64,000 nt of DNA from Eubacteriales bacterium (GTDB lineage Bacteria > Bacillota > Clostridia > Oscillospirales > CAG-272): assembly GCA_045128735.1 (NCBI GenBank), contig JBGVRT010000120.1, forward strand, positions 48,883 to 112,882, read 5' to 3'. Numbering within the stretch: the stretch's first letter is position 1; each line of letters opens with the position of its first letter. This document shows, in pieces, positions 39,249-49,097 of this stretch. Both the position numbers and the translations under genes were made by a program. Below the pieces are notes generated by a model. That model was not told the DNA's origin and searched no databases. It saw nothing but the letters and a program-made list of their open reading frames with translations.

Positions 39249-40736
39249 TTAAACCTCTTGCTTCATCAGCTCTTCGCAGGCTTCAAGCAGAATTTGCTTT
39301 TCTGAGAAGGGGAGCTTTTCGCCGTTTACAAGCTGATAATTTTCGTGACCCTTACCCGCAAAAAGGAAAATGTCGCCCTCGCGCGCAATGCTTGCCGCGT
39401 ACCTTATTGCTTCCTTGCGGTCGGAAATTTTAATATAGTTGTCCTTTCCCGAAAATTGTGTTTCTATGTCTCTTATCACGTTTTCGGGATCCTCAAAATC
39501 GGGGTTGTCCGCTGTCAGTACCGAAAAATCCGCAAGCTCTGCCGCCGCCCGTCCAAGCTCTGCGCGGCGACCTTTTGTGCGTCCGCCTACCGAGCCGAAA
39601 AGACAAATAAGCCGCTTCGGCTCATAGCTTCGTAAGGTCTCAAGTGCCGATGTGAGACTCACCTCGTTGTGAGCGTAGTCAATTATAAACGTGGCGTAGG
39701 GAAGTGCTTGAACCGTCTCAAAGCGTCCGCTTATTTGCACGCCGGAGATAACCTCGGCAATTTTTCCTTTTGAAATACCGCATTCACGGCAGGTCGCAAT
39801 AGCGGCAAGCGCATTGTAAACGCTGAAGCTGCCGGGAAACCCGATTTCCGTCTTGTAGATACAGCCCTCGTTCAAAAAGTCAAAGGAAACCCCAAGTCTG
39901 TCGGCTTGTCTGAATTTGGCAATGCCATCAGCCTTGTAGTCGGCGCCGTTGCACAGCGCGTAGCTTATAAGTCTTGTAGAGGGGGCAACGTCCGATATCA
40001 TCGCCTTGGCATAGCCGTCGTCGGCGTTGTATATTACTGTTTTAGCTCCGTAGTCGGTGAAAAGCTTGCGCTTGCACTCCATATAATGCTCAAAGGTGGG
40101 GTGTTCCGCACCGCCAATGTGGTCCTTTGAAAGGTTTGTGTATATGCAAAGGTCAAAGCTTATTCCGCGGACTCTGTTCATATAAAGTGCCTGCGAGGAA
40201 ACCTCCATAGCGAGATATTTTACACCCGCCAGACACATCTGTCTCAGATAGCTTTGCAGACTGAGACTTTCGGGAGTGGTGTTAACCGTTTCGTAGTGAA
40301 ATCCTCCGAAATCAATGCCGTTCGAACCGATGTAGCCGCACTTCAGTCCGCAGGCGTTAAGTACGTTGTAGATCATAAGAGCCGTGGTGGTCTTGCCCTT
40401 GGTGCCCGTAAGCCCGATTATAAAAAGCTCGTCGGCAGGGTGACCGAAGAACTCGGCTGCAAGGTCTGCCAATGCCGTTCGGGTGTTGTCAACAGTGAAT
40501 ATTACGGCGTCGTCGGGAAGGTCAACGGCGTGCTCGGCAACAAAATGCCTGCAACCGCGGCTGTAAGCCGAATAGGCGTAGTCGTGTCCGTCGGATGCCG
40601 CCCCCTTTATGCAAACGAACAAAGCCCCCTCGCGGGTGCGCCTTGAGTCGTGGCATATTTCATCGATTTCAAAATTTTTGTCATATTCAGCCGCAGAGGT
40701 GTACTCTACAGCCGATAAAAGTTTTTCAAGCTTCAT
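39249..40736 (-). CDS. murE: UDP-N-acetylmuramoyl-L-alanyl-D-glutamate--diamino-acid ligase MurE
   Basis: 495 aa, P-loop GLTGTKGKTTT, Mur ligase middle and C-terminal blocks; the DNPR-position motif reads DNPD. Confidence 0.92.
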   Translation of the reverse strand: MKLEKLLSAVEYTSAAEYDKNFEIDEICHDSRRTREGALFVCIKGAASDGHDYAYSAYSRGCRHFVAEHAVDLPDDAVIFTVDNTRTALADLAAEFFGHPADELFIIGLTGTKGKTTTALMIYNVLNACGLKCGYIGSNGIDFGGFHYETVNTTPESLSLQSYLRQMCLAGVKYLAMEVSSQALYMNRVRGISFDLCIYTNLSKDHIGGAEHPTFEHYMECKRKLFTDYGAKTVIYNADDGYAKAMISDVAPSTRLISYALCNGADYKADGIAKFRQADRLGVSFDFLNEGCIYKTEIGFPGSFSVYNALAAIATCRECGISKGKIAEVISGVQISGRFETVQALPYATFIIDYAHNEVSLTSALETLRSYEPKRLICLFGSVGGRTKGRRAELGRAAAELADFSVLTADNPDFEDPENVIRDIETQFSGKDNYIKISDRKEAIRYAASIAREGDIFLFAGKGHENYQLVNGEKLPFSEKQILLEACEELMKQEV

Positions 40737-40738
40737 TT

Positions 40739-41086
40739 TTATCTCTCTTGTCCGGAATATTGTATTATGAATCTTTTTTCAAGTCTTTCGCGGTTTCTTT
40801 CGATAAAGCCCTCGAATTTTTTGTTGGCGCATATGAGTGTGATTTTGCGCAAGCGTCTGTCAAGTGTGTGGCGCTCAAGCCCCTCTACTCCAACTCTGTC
40901 GTTTTCAAGAATCTCCTCGGGCATAAAACGCGCAAGGGGAGTGAGCTTTGAGAAAATACGCGTGCAGTCGGTGTAAACGAAAGGACGTATTCCTTTTTTT
41001 ATCAAAAAGTCCAAAAGAAATTTGTGCGGTTTTTCGGGAAGTCCGAGAATAATATATCCGCAACAGCTTTTCTCAACCTCTCTCAT
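40739..41086 (-). CDS. hypothetical protein
   Basis: 115 aa. Its stop lies 2 nt before the murE ATG, so it is presumably co-transcribed. No family recognised. Confidence 0.5.
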   Translation of the reverse strand: MREVEKSCCGYIILGLPEKPHKFLLDFLIKKGIRPFVYTDCTRIFSKLTPLARFMPEEILENDRVGVEGLERHTLDRRLRKITLICANKKFEGFIERNRERLEKRFIIQYSGQER

Positions 41087-41330
41087 ATCTGCACCTCCTT
41101 TTTACGCGTAACATAATTATATCACATTTTTCAAAAAATTTCACCCATATTTGCAATAAAAAATACATTTTTTACACAAAATATAGTGAATCGAGAGCAA
41201 TTGTTCATTATTTGCAATGAAATATGTCAATATTTGCAAATCGTTTGCTATTTGGATGTTGTATAATTAGCATAGCATAATATATATCTATGTCCACAGA
41301 TAGCGTGGACTTAGAGGAAAAGAGGTAAAA

Positions 41331-42158
41331 ATGGCTAATAAGGTATGTGTAATTACAGGTGCAGGCGGCGTGCTTTGCTCTTCCTTCGCAAAGGAAATGG
41401 CAAAGAACGGCTACTCGGTAGCACTTCTCGACCTTAACCTTGATGCGGCTCAGGCAGTTGCTGATGAGATAGTTAAGGACGGTGGTATAGCAAAGGCTTA
41501 CAAGACCAACGTTCTTGATAAGGCGGTTGTTGAAGAAATACACGAGGCAGTTCTTGCAGATCTTGGCAAGTGCACAGTTCTTATCAACGGCGCAGGCGGA
41601 AACAATCCCCGCGCAACCACGGACCACGAAATGTTCGAGGAGGGCGATGACACCCGTGAGGATATCAAGACCTTCTTTAACCTTGACAAGTCCGGATTTG
41701 AGTTTGTTTTCAACCTTAACATTATGGGTACACTTCTTCCCACCCAGGTGTTTGCAAAGGATATGATAGGCGAAGAGGGATGCTCTATTCTTAACATCTC
41801 CTCGATGAATGCTTTTACTCCCCTTACAAAGATTCCCGCATACAGCGCAGCTAAGGCAGGCGTTTCCAACTTTACACAGTGGCTTGCGGTTCATTTTGCT
41901 GAGACGGGCATCCGCGTAAACGCAATTGCTCCCGGTTTCTTCGTAACCGCGCAGAACAAGGCTCTCCTTTTCAATGAGGACGGCACACCCACAGCAAGAA
42001 CAGGCAAGATTCTCCGTTCTACTCCCATGAACCGCTTTGGCGAGGCAGATGAGCTTCTCGGAGCACTTCGTTTCTTCGTAAACCCCAAGGAGTCGGGCTT
42101 CGTAACAGGTGTTGTTCTTCCCGTTGACGGCGGATTCTCCGCTTACTCGGGCGTATAA
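41331..42158 (+). CDS. SDR-family oxidoreductase (resembles the sugar-acid/mannonate-type SDRs)
   Basis: TGAGGVLC cofactor motif, catalytic YSAAK, 275 aa. Confidence 0.8.
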   Translation: MANKVCVITGAGGVLCSSFAKEMAKNGYSVALLDLNLDAAQAVADEIVKDGGIAKAYKTNVLDKAVVEEIHEAVLADLGKCTVLINGAGGNNPRATTDHEMFEEGDDTREDIKTFFNLDKSGFEFVFNLNIMGTLLPTQVFAKDMIGEEGCSILNISSMNAFTPLTKIPAYSAAKAGVSNFTQWLAVHFAETGIRVNAIAPGFFVTAQNKALLFNEDGTPTARTGKILRSTPMNRFGEADELLGALRFFVNPKESGFVTGVVLPVDGGFSAYSGV

Positions 42159-42178
42159 TCCCCAAGGAGGAGAAAATA

Positions 42179-43021
42179 ATGGCAGATATTAAGCTTTGCG
42201 CCTTTGCCGACGAGGCGGGCGATAGCCTTGCCGAGCAGATAAAGGCTATGCAGGAAAACGGTATCGGACTTCTTGAGCTCCGTACCATTGACAAAAAGAA
42301 CGTAACCAAGTTCACAAATGAAGAGGTTAAGGAATACAAGAAGCAGCTTGACGATGCAGGTATCAAGGTATGGTCGATTGGTTCTCCTATCGGTAAGGTT
42401 CAGATTTCGGCTGACTTCAATATCGACCTTGACCTTTGCAAGAGAACTGTTGAGATTGCCGATATGTTCGGTGCAAAGAGCATTCGTATGTTCAGCTTCT
42501 ACGGCACAAACGGCGAGGAGCAGTACCGCGACCTCGTTATGGAGCGCCTTGCAAAGTACGTTGAGACTACAAAGGGCACAGATATTACCCTTTGCCACGA
42601 GAACGAAAAGGGCATCTACGGCGATATCGCCGCTCGTTGCCTTGAGATTCATAAGAATATCCCCGAGCTTAAGTGCGTGTTTGACCCCGCTAACTACGTT
42701 CAGGTAGGTCAGAATACACTTGAGGCGTGGGATATGCTTGAGCCTTACGTTTTCTACGGTCACATCAAGGATTCTCTTGCTGACGGAAGCATCGTTCCTC
42801 CCGGTAAGGGCGAGGGTCACCTCAGCGAGTACCTTCCTAAGTTTGCCGCAAAGGGCTGTCAGGTTCTCACTCTTGAGCCTCACCTTTCGGTATTCAGTGC
42901 TCTTAAGAGCCTTGAGACTCCCGGTGACGAGAGCAAGATCGGTCTTTACCGCTTTGAAACCAAGCGCGCCGCTTTCGATTGCGCTGTAAATTCACTTAAG
43001 GAAATTATAAAGGAGATATAA
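42179..43021 (+). CDS. sugar phosphate isomerase/epimerase (xylose-isomerase-like TIM barrel)
   Basis: 280 aa, pattern ...CHENE...FDPANY...GHIKD typical of the AP_endonuc_2 fold. Confidence 0.8.
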   Translation: MADIKLCAFADEAGDSLAEQIKAMQENGIGLLELRTIDKKNVTKFTNEEVKEYKKQLDDAGIKVWSIGSPIGKVQISADFNIDLDLCKRTVEIADMFGAKSIRMFSFYGTNGEEQYRDLVMERLAKYVETTKGTDITLCHENEKGIYGDIAARCLEIHKNIPELKCVFDPANYVQVGQNTLEAWDMLEPYVFYGHIKDSLADGSIVPPGKGEGHLSEYLPKFAAKGCQVLTLEPHLSVFSALKSLETPGDESKIGLYRFETKRAAFDCAVNSLKEIIKEI

Positions 43022-43025
43022 GATT

Positions 43026-43817
43026 ATGATTCTCGGTGCACAGTTTTACACACTTAGAAATTTCTGCAAGACGATTGAAGGTCTTGACGAGTCACTCAAG
43101 AAGGTAGCTGATATGGGTTATACCGCAGTTCAGCTTTCGGGCGTTTGCGAGTATGACGCAGAGTGGGTTGCAGAGAGATGCCGCGAGTACGGTCTTAAGA
43201 TCGTTATCACTCACTTTAACTACGATAAGATTCTCAACGATACAGATGCTACCATTGAGTTCCACAAGAAGATGGATTGCCCCTATATCGGTCTCGGTAT
43301 GGCAAGAGGCGCAATGATGGATAACACCTTTGAGACGTTTATTAACGAAATTCCCGAAGTGGTAGAAAAGATTTCCGCCGCAGGACTTAAGTTTATGTAT
43401 CATAACCACAGCCAAGAGTTTGCTATCAATCCCAAGACAGGCAACCGCTTCATCGATGACCTTTGCGCTGCTTACCCCGCTGATAAGCTCGGCATCACAA
43501 TGGATACGTATTGGGTACAGGCAGGCGGTGCTGACCCCGCACAGTGGATTATGAAGCTCAAGGGAAGAAATAACGTTGTTCACTTTAAGGATATGAATAT
43601 GACTCTCTTCCGTGATGCGGAGGGTAAGGCACAGCGCACCAACCGCATTGCTACAATCGGCGAGGGTAATATGAACTACGACGCAATTATCGAGGCTTGC
43701 CTTAAGGCAGACGTTGAGTACGGCTTCGTTGAGCTTGACGATTGCTACGGTAAGGATCCCTTCGAGTGCATGAAGAAGAGCTACGACTTCCTTACAAGCA
43801 GATACGGCTTGAAGTAA
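43026..43817 (+). CDS. sugar phosphate isomerase/epimerase (xylose-isomerase-like TIM barrel)
   Basis: 263 aa, YHNHSQEF...DTYW...HFKD pattern. Confidence 0.8.
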   Translation: MILGAQFYTLRNFCKTIEGLDESLKKVADMGYTAVQLSGVCEYDAEWVAERCREYGLKIVITHFNYDKILNDTDATIEFHKKMDCPYIGLGMARGAMMDNTFETFINEIPEVVEKISAAGLKFMYHNHSQEFAINPKTGNRFIDDLCAAYPADKLGITMDTYWVQAGGADPAQWIMKLKGRNNVVHFKDMNMTLFRDAEGKAQRTNRIATIGEGNMNYDAIIEACLKADVEYGFVELDDCYGKDPFECMKKSYDFLTSRYGLK

Positions 43818-43844
43818 TAAATTATTTGAAAGGAATTACATAAA

Positions 43845-45050
43845 ATGAAAAAGATTAAGCTTGGTATTATCGGTATTGGTAATATGGGTACAACCCATAT
43901 GAAGAATATCCTTGCAGGCAAGTGCCCTGAGATCGACGTTACTGCTGTTGCAGATATCGATCCCGCAAGACTTGAGGCAGCAAAGGGCTTCTATAACGAG
44001 GCTAAGGAAAAGAATTCCGAACTTCCCGAGGTTGCTTACTTTGACGATGCTATCAAGATGATGGAGTCGGGGCTTGTTGACTCTGTTATCGTTGCTATCC
44101 CTCACTACGATCACCCCAAGTACGTTATCGAGGCGTTCAAGCACGGTCTCCACGCTATCAGCGAGAAGCCCGCAGGTGTTTACACACTTCAGGTTCGCGA
44201 GATGATGGCTGAGGCTGATAAGCATCCCGACCTTGTATTCGGTATGATGTTCAACCAGAGAACAAACCACGTTTTCCGCAAGATGAAGGAAATCATCGCA
44301 AGCGGCGAGCTTGGAGAGATAAAGAGAACAAGCTGGATCATCACAAACTGGTACAGACCCCAGTATTACTATGATTCGGGTGCATGGAGAGCAACCTGGA
44401 GCGGAGAAGGCGGCGGCGTTCTTCTTAACCAGTGCCCTCATAACCTTGACCTTTGGCAGTGGATTTGCGGTATGCCCGCAAAGATCGATGCGAAGATCAA
44501 GTACGGTAAGTGGCACGATATCGAGGTTGACGACGACGTAACTGCATACGCAGAGTACGCAAACGGTGCAACAGGTACATTTATCACATCTACAGGTGAT
44601 GCTCCCGGTACAAACCGTTTTGAGATTATCTGCGATGGCGGTAAGCTTGTTTGTGATGATGCAAAAACACTTAAAATGTGGAAGAACGAAGTTCCCGAAT
44701 CCGAATTCTCCAAGACAACAAAGTTTGCTTTCAGCAGTCCTAAGTGCACTGTTGTTGACGTTGAGACAGACGGTGAGAACCTTCAGCACGTAGGCGTATT
44801 CAACAAGTTCGCAGCAGCAGTTCTTCGCGGCGAACCCCTTGTTGCAGACGGACGTGAGGGTATCAACGGACTTTCTATCTCCAACGCTATGCACCTTTCT
44901 TCTTGGCAGGGCAGAGAGGTTTCGCTTCCTCTTTCCGCTGAGGACGAAAAGGAATTCTACAACGAGCTTATGGAGCGCGTAAAGACTTCCAGACGCAAGG
45001 AGAATGTTTCTTCTTCTGTCGCTGATACTTCTTCCAGCTACAATAACTAA
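43845..45050 (+). CDS. Gfo/Idh/MocA-family NAD(P)-dependent oxidoreductase
   Basis: N-terminal Rossmann motif KLGIIGIGNMG, 401 aa. Confidence 0.85.
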   Translation: MKKIKLGIIGIGNMGTTHMKNILAGKCPEIDVTAVADIDPARLEAAKGFYNEAKEKNSELPEVAYFDDAIKMMESGLVDSVIVAIPHYDHPKYVIEAFKHGLHAISEKPAGVYTLQVREMMAEADKHPDLVFGMMFNQRTNHVFRKMKEIIASGELGEIKRTSWIITNWYRPQYYYDSGAWRATWSGEGGGVLLNQCPHNLDLWQWICGMPAKIDAKIKYGKWHDIEVDDDVTAYAEYANGATGTFITSTGDAPGTNRFEIICDGGKLVCDDAKTLKMWKNEVPESEFSKTTKFAFSSPKCTVVDVETDGENLQHVGVFNKFAAAVLRGEPLVADGREGINGLSISNAMHLSSWQGREVSLPLSAEDEKEFYNELMERVKTSRRKENVSSSVADTSSSYNN

Positions 45051-45058
45051 AAAAATTA

Positions 45059-45088
45059 AGGAGCTGTCCTCGGACAGCTCCTGTTTTG
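45059..45088 (+). terminator. terminator after the Gfo/Idh/MocA gene
   Basis: AGGAGCTGTC-ctcg-GACAGCTCCT followed by GTTTTGATT. Confidence 0.75.
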
Positions 45089-45102
45089 ATTATAAAGATA
45101 AC

Positions 45103-45134
45103 AAAAAATCCAACTCTTACGAGTTGGATTTTTT
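45103..45134 (-). terminator. terminator directly after tRNA-Arg
   Basis: AAAAAATCCAACTC-ttac-GAGTTGGATTTTTT; symmetric, so potentially bidirectional. Confidence 0.8.
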
Positions 45135-45210
45135 GGCACGGCGTAAGGGATTCGAACCCCCGACCTTTTGGTTCGTAGCCAAACACTCTATCCAGCTGAG
45201 CTAACGCCGC
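45134..45210 (-). tRNA. tRNA-Arg (anticodon ACG)
   Basis: Minus strand reads GCGGCGTTAGCTCAGCTGGATAGAGTGTTTGGCTACGAACCAAAAGGTCGGGGGTTCGAATCCCTTACGCCGTGCCA. It folds as a 77-nt cloverleaf (7/4/5/5-bp stems, G1-U72 wobble), with anticodon loop CTACGAA, T-loop TTCGAAT and an encoded CCA. Confidence 0.9.
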
Positions 45211-45234
45211 ATACGGTTTATTTCGTACTTGCAT

Positions 45235-45263
45235 AGTATACCACTTTTGAAAGCATTTGTCAA
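45235..45263 (-). promoter_or_regulatory. tRNA-Arg promoter
   Basis: Minus-strand TTGACA (45263-45258), 17-nt spacer, TGgTATACT (-10 at 45240-45235). Confidence 0.65.
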
Positions 45264-45312
45264 GTGGTTTTTTGAATTTTTTCAGATAAATTTTTGAAAT
45301 TGTATTTTGTTT

Positions 45313-45324
45313 AACAAATTTGTT
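45313..45324. promoter_or_regulatory. perfect 12-bp palindrome AACAAATTTGTT upstream of the etf promoter
   Basis: Self-complementary; centred about 45 bp upstream of the -35. Confidence 0.4.
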
Positions 45325-45360
45325 GAATATGCCAAAAAATAGCGAAATTCTTTCAGTGTA

Positions 45361-45389
45361 TTGAAAAAGAAATTCCGGTGTGCTACAAT
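45361..45389 (+). promoter_or_regulatory. promoter of the etfB-etfA-dehydrogenase operon
   Basis: TTGAAA (45361-45366), 17-nt spacer, TGcTACAAT (-10 at 45384-45389). Confidence 0.6.
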
Positions 45390-45429
45390 AAAATAGGTAT
45401 TTATTTTTTGGATATAACGGAGGCAGTAA

Positions 45430-46218
45430 ATGAACATTTTAGTTTGTGTTAAGCAAGTGCCGGGTTCAAATAACGTTGAGGTGGATCCCGTTACAGGCGT
45501 GCTCAAGCGTAACGGAATACAGAGTAAAATCAACCCTTACGATTTGTACGGCATTGAGACAGCGTTGGTGCTTGCCGAAAAATACGGCGGAAGCGTTGAG
45601 AGCATTACAATGGGACCACCTCAGGCAAAGGCCGTTATTGAGGAGACTGTTTGTATGGGCGTAAAGTGCGGAACGGTTTTGACTGACCGAAAGTTTGCGG
45701 GCGCGGACGTGCTTGCAACCGCCTACACACTTTCCCAGGGAATAAAAAAGTGCGGAGAATACGACCTTATTATATGCGGTAAGCAGACCACCGACGGAGA
45801 TACTGCGCAGGTAGGCGCAGAAGTTGCCGAATATCTCGGTCTGCCTAACCTTTCAAACGTTCTCTCTGTAGACGACCTTAAGGACGGCAGACTGTACGTT
45901 ACCGCAAGCCTGGACGATAAGGTTGTAAAAATGAGCGTTGCCATGCCTTGCCTTATTTCGGTTGATGGTGATATCAATACCCCACGTCTGCCCTCGTATA
46001 AAATTAAAAAACAGCTTAGCGAGGATGCAGTAAAATTCATTACCTTTGCCGATTTTGACGACCAAAACGCAGACCACTACGGTCTTACGGGCTCGGCTAC
46101 GCAGGTTGAGCGCATATTCCCGCCCGAAAAGAACGAGCAGAAGGTCAACGTGACGGGTGACGCCGAAAAGCAGTCGGACGAGCTTGTTGCCTTGCTTCGC
46201 GGAAAGAAAATAATATAA
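45430..46218 (+). CDS. etfB: electron transfer flavoprotein subunit beta
   Basis: MNILVCVKQVPG...NPYDLYGIETAL, 262 aa. Confidence 0.92.
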   Translation: MNILVCVKQVPGSNNVEVDPVTGVLKRNGIQSKINPYDLYGIETALVLAEKYGGSVESITMGPPQAKAVIEETVCMGVKCGTVLTDRKFAGADVLATAYTLSQGIKKCGEYDLIICGKQTTDGDTAQVGAEVAEYLGLPNLSNVLSVDDLKDGRLYVTASLDDKVVKMSVAMPCLISVDGDINTPRLPSYKIKKQLSEDAVKFITFADFDDQNADHYGLTGSATQVERIFPPEKNEQKVNVTGDAEKQSDELVALLRGKKII

Positions 46219-46231
46219 GGAGGACGGAAGA

Positions 46232-47419
46232 ATGGGAAAGCTTGTTATAAATCATAATCTTGTAACGCCCGAAAAGGCGGAAGCCCTTGTAAAAATCTGT
46301 CCTTTTAACGCTATTACCTATGAAGGTGGAAAAATTGATATAACCTCTGCCTGCAAGATGTGTAAAATGTGCGTCCGTAAGGGCGGAGGCCTTGTTGACT
46401 ACGTTGAGGAAACGACAAACGAGATAGATAAATCGCAGTGGAATGGAATATGCGTATACGCCGATTGCGCGGGCGGAAAGATTCACCGCGTAACCTTTGA
46501 GCTTTGCGGAAAAGCTAAGGAGCTTGCGGCAGTTACCGGTCACCCCATATACGCTATACTTATCGGTCACAACGTAAGTGAAAACGCAAGCGAGCTTCTT
46601 CGCTACGGCGTTGATAAGGTGTTCGTTTACGACGCACCCGAGCTTGCCGAGTTCAGAATTGAGCCCTACACTGCGGCATTCTGTGACTTTATCGAGAAGG
46701 AAAAGCCCTCGTCTATTCTCGTGGGCGCAACCAATCTCGGACGTCAGCTTGCACCGAGAGTTGCGGCGCGTTGCCGCACGGGACTTACGGCTGACTGTAC
46801 CGTTCTTGAAATGAAGGAAAACACCGACCTTGTGCAGATTCGTCCCGCATTCGGCGGCAACATTATGGCGCAGATAATCACGCCCAACACAAGACCCCAG
46901 TTCTGTACCGCAAGATATAAGGTGTTTACCGAGCCAAAGCCTGTTGATAATCCCAATGGCGAAATTGTGAAAATGACAGTTACGACAAAGATGCTTGAGT
47001 CGGCAATCGAGGTTATTTCCACTTCAGATAAGCCCAAGGATATAGATATTGCCGAGGCTGATGTTATCGTTGCGGTTGGACGCGGAGCCTCAAGCGAGGC
47101 TATGCGCGCGCAGGCTAAGGAGCTTGCTGACCTCTTGGGCGGTGTTGTTGCCTGCACAAGACCGATGGTTGAGAGCAATATTTTTGACGCTAAGCGACAG
47201 ATAGGACTTTCGGGCAGAACAGTAAAGCCCAAGCTTATAATCTGCCTCGGTATATCGGGCGCGGTTCAGTTTGCCGCGGGTATGAAGTCGTCGGATTGCA
47301 TAGTTGCAATAAATAGCGATGAAAAAGCACCTATATTTGACGTGGCACACTATTGCGTGGTGGGCGACGTTAATGAGATTGTTCCTAAGCTTATAAATAA
47401 AATAAAGGGGGATAAGTGA
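46232..47419 (+). CDS. etfA: electron transfer flavoprotein subunit alpha with N-terminal ferredoxin-like Cys cluster
   Basis: CPFNA...[12 protein letters not shown]-terminal domain, plus the ETF-alpha C-terminus [12 protein letters not shown]. Confidence 0.9.
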   Translation: MGKLVINHNLVTPEKAEALVKICPFNAITYEGGKIDITSACKMCKMCVRKGGGLVDYVEETTNEIDKSQWNGICVYADCAGGKIHRVTFELCGKAKELAAVTGHPIYAILIGHNVSENASELLRYGVDKVFVYDAPELAEFRIEPYTAAFCDFIEKEKPSSILVGATNLGRQLAPRVAARCRTGLTADCTVLEMKENTDLVQIRPAFGGNIMAQIITPNTRPQFCTARYKVFTEPKPVDNPNGEIVKMTVTTKMLESAIEVISTSDKPKDIDIAEADVIVAVGRGASSEAMRAQAKELADLLGGVVACTRPMVESNIFDAKRQIGLSGRTVKPKLIICLGISGAVQFAAGMKSSDCIVAINSDEKAPIFDVAHYCVVGDVNEIVPKLINKIKGDK

Positions 47420-48813
47420 TGTATAATAAGGTAACAGAAAAAGACCTGGCGGCGCTTAAGGCTATCGTCGGGGAAAGCGAAGTTCTTTTTGGGAACGAAA
47501 TAAATCACGATTATTCCCACGATGAGCTCGGCGGCATCGAGAAAATGCCCGAGGCGCTTGTCCGCGTTCATTCTACAGAGCAGGTTTCCGAGGTTATGAA
47601 GCTTGCCTATGAGCGCAATATTCCGGTAACCGTAAGAGGAAGCGGAACGGGGCTTGTAGGCGCGGCAGTTGCGGTTGAAGGCGGAATTCTGCTTGAGACT
47701 ACCAAGATGAATAAGATCCTTTCGCTTAATAAGGATACGCTTACGGTAACTGTTCAGCCGGGCGTACTCCTTATGGAGCTTGCGGCGTTTGCCGAGGAAA
47801 ACGACTTTCTTTACCCGCCCGACCCCGGTGAGAAATCGGCGACAATCGGCGGAAATATCTCCACAAACGCGGGCGGAATGAGAGCCGTCAAGTACGGAGT
47901 AACAAGAGATTACGTACGTTCGCTTACCGTGGTAATGCCAAACGGAGAAATTCTCACTCTTGGTGCAACGGTTGCAAAAAACAGCTCGGGTTATAGCCTT
48001 AAAGACCTTGTTATCGGTTCAGAGGGAACGCTTTGTATTATCTGCGAGGCGGTGCTCAAGCTTGTTCCTCTGCCTAAGGTTTCGGTAAGCCTTCTCGTGC
48101 CCTTCAAGGATATGAAAAGCGCAATCGAGGCTGTTCCGAAGATTATCTGCACTAAGGTAACTCCCACAGCTATCGAATATATGTCGCGCGACACCATTCT
48201 TTTCTCTGAGGATTATCTCGGAAAGAAATTCCCCGATACAAAGAACGACGCATATATTCTTCTTACCTTTGACGGCAATACCGATGCACAGGTCGAGCAG
48301 GATATGAGCATTGTTGCTAACCTTTGCCTTGAGATAGGCGCGCTTGACGCGTATATCGTGGATACAGAGGAGCGCAAAAAGTCGGTCTGGTCCGCGCGCG
48401 GTGCATTCCTTGAGGCGATAAAGGCGTCAACTACCGAAATGGACGAGTGCGACGTTGTGGTTCCCGTAAACAAGGTGGACGAGTTTATCAAATATACCCA
48501 CGCTCTTGCCGATAAGTACGGCGTGAGAATTCCCAGCTTCGGTCACGCGGGCGACGGAAATCTTCACGTTTATATCTGCCGCGACGGGCTCGAACAGGAT
48601 AAGTGGGAGACTACACTTGCATCTTGCTTTGACGATATGTACCGCAAAGCCGAGGAGCTTGGCGGACTTGTATCGGGCGAGCACGGCATAGGCTACGCTA
48701 AAAAAGAATTCCTTGAAAAGCAGTACGGCGAAACGCCTATCGCACTTATGCAGGGAATTAAAAAGACCTTTGACCCCAAAAACATTCTCAATCCGGGAAA
48801 GGTCTGCTTCTGA
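47416..48813 (+). CDS. FAD-binding GlcD-like oxidoreductase (LctD-type lactate dehydrogenase candidate)
   Basis: [15 protein letters not shown] (PCMH FAD domain) and [14 protein letters not shown]. Overlaps etfA by 4 nt. Confidence 0.85.
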   Translation: MMYNKVTEKDLAALKAIVGESEVLFGNEINHDYSHDELGGIEKMPEALVRVHSTEQVSEVMKLAYERNIPVTVRGSGTGLVGAAVAVEGGILLETTKMNKILSLNKDTLTVTVQPGVLLMELAAFAEENDFLYPPDPGEKSATIGGNISTNAGGMRAVKYGVTRDYVRSLTVVMPNGEILTLGATVAKNSSGYSLKDLVIGSEGTLCIICEAVLKLVPLPKVSVSLLVPFKDMKSAIEAVPKIICTKVTPTAIEYMSRDTILFSEDYLGKKFPDTKNDAYILLTFDGNTDAQVEQDMSIVANLCLEIGALDAYIVDTEERKKSVWSARGAFLEAIKASTTEMDECDVVVPVNKVDEFIKYTHALADKYGVRIPSFGHAGDGNLHVYICRDGLEQDKWETTLASCFDDMYRKAEELGGLVSGEHGIGYAKKEFLEKQYGETPIALMQGIKKTFDPKNILNPGKVCF

Positions 48814-48821
48814 TAAAACCA

Positions 48822-48860
48822 AAAGGGGCTGTGCTCTTAACGAGCCTGCCCCTTGTTCTA
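48822..48860 (+). terminator. terminator after the dehydrogenase gene
   Basis: AAAGGGGC...GCCCCTT stem with an inner GCTC/GAGC pairing, then a T-rich tail. Confidence 0.6.
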
Positions 48861-49097
48861 TTTGCGCTATGTGCTCCTTGGGCGATTGCGCCGGCGGTAA
48901 TTTGTACGGTTATAATAATCTTATAACGTTGACCTTGCTATGGGATGTAGTAATATATTTCAAGAGCAATTCTTTTAGTGTGGGTCTACGGAGCGTGGAA
49001 TGTGAGTGTGGTAATTCTTTTGCTAATTCCACAAAAAAAGGGTTTACAAAAGAGAAAAAATGTTGTATCATTAAGATAGAATGCAAGGAGGTATGAT

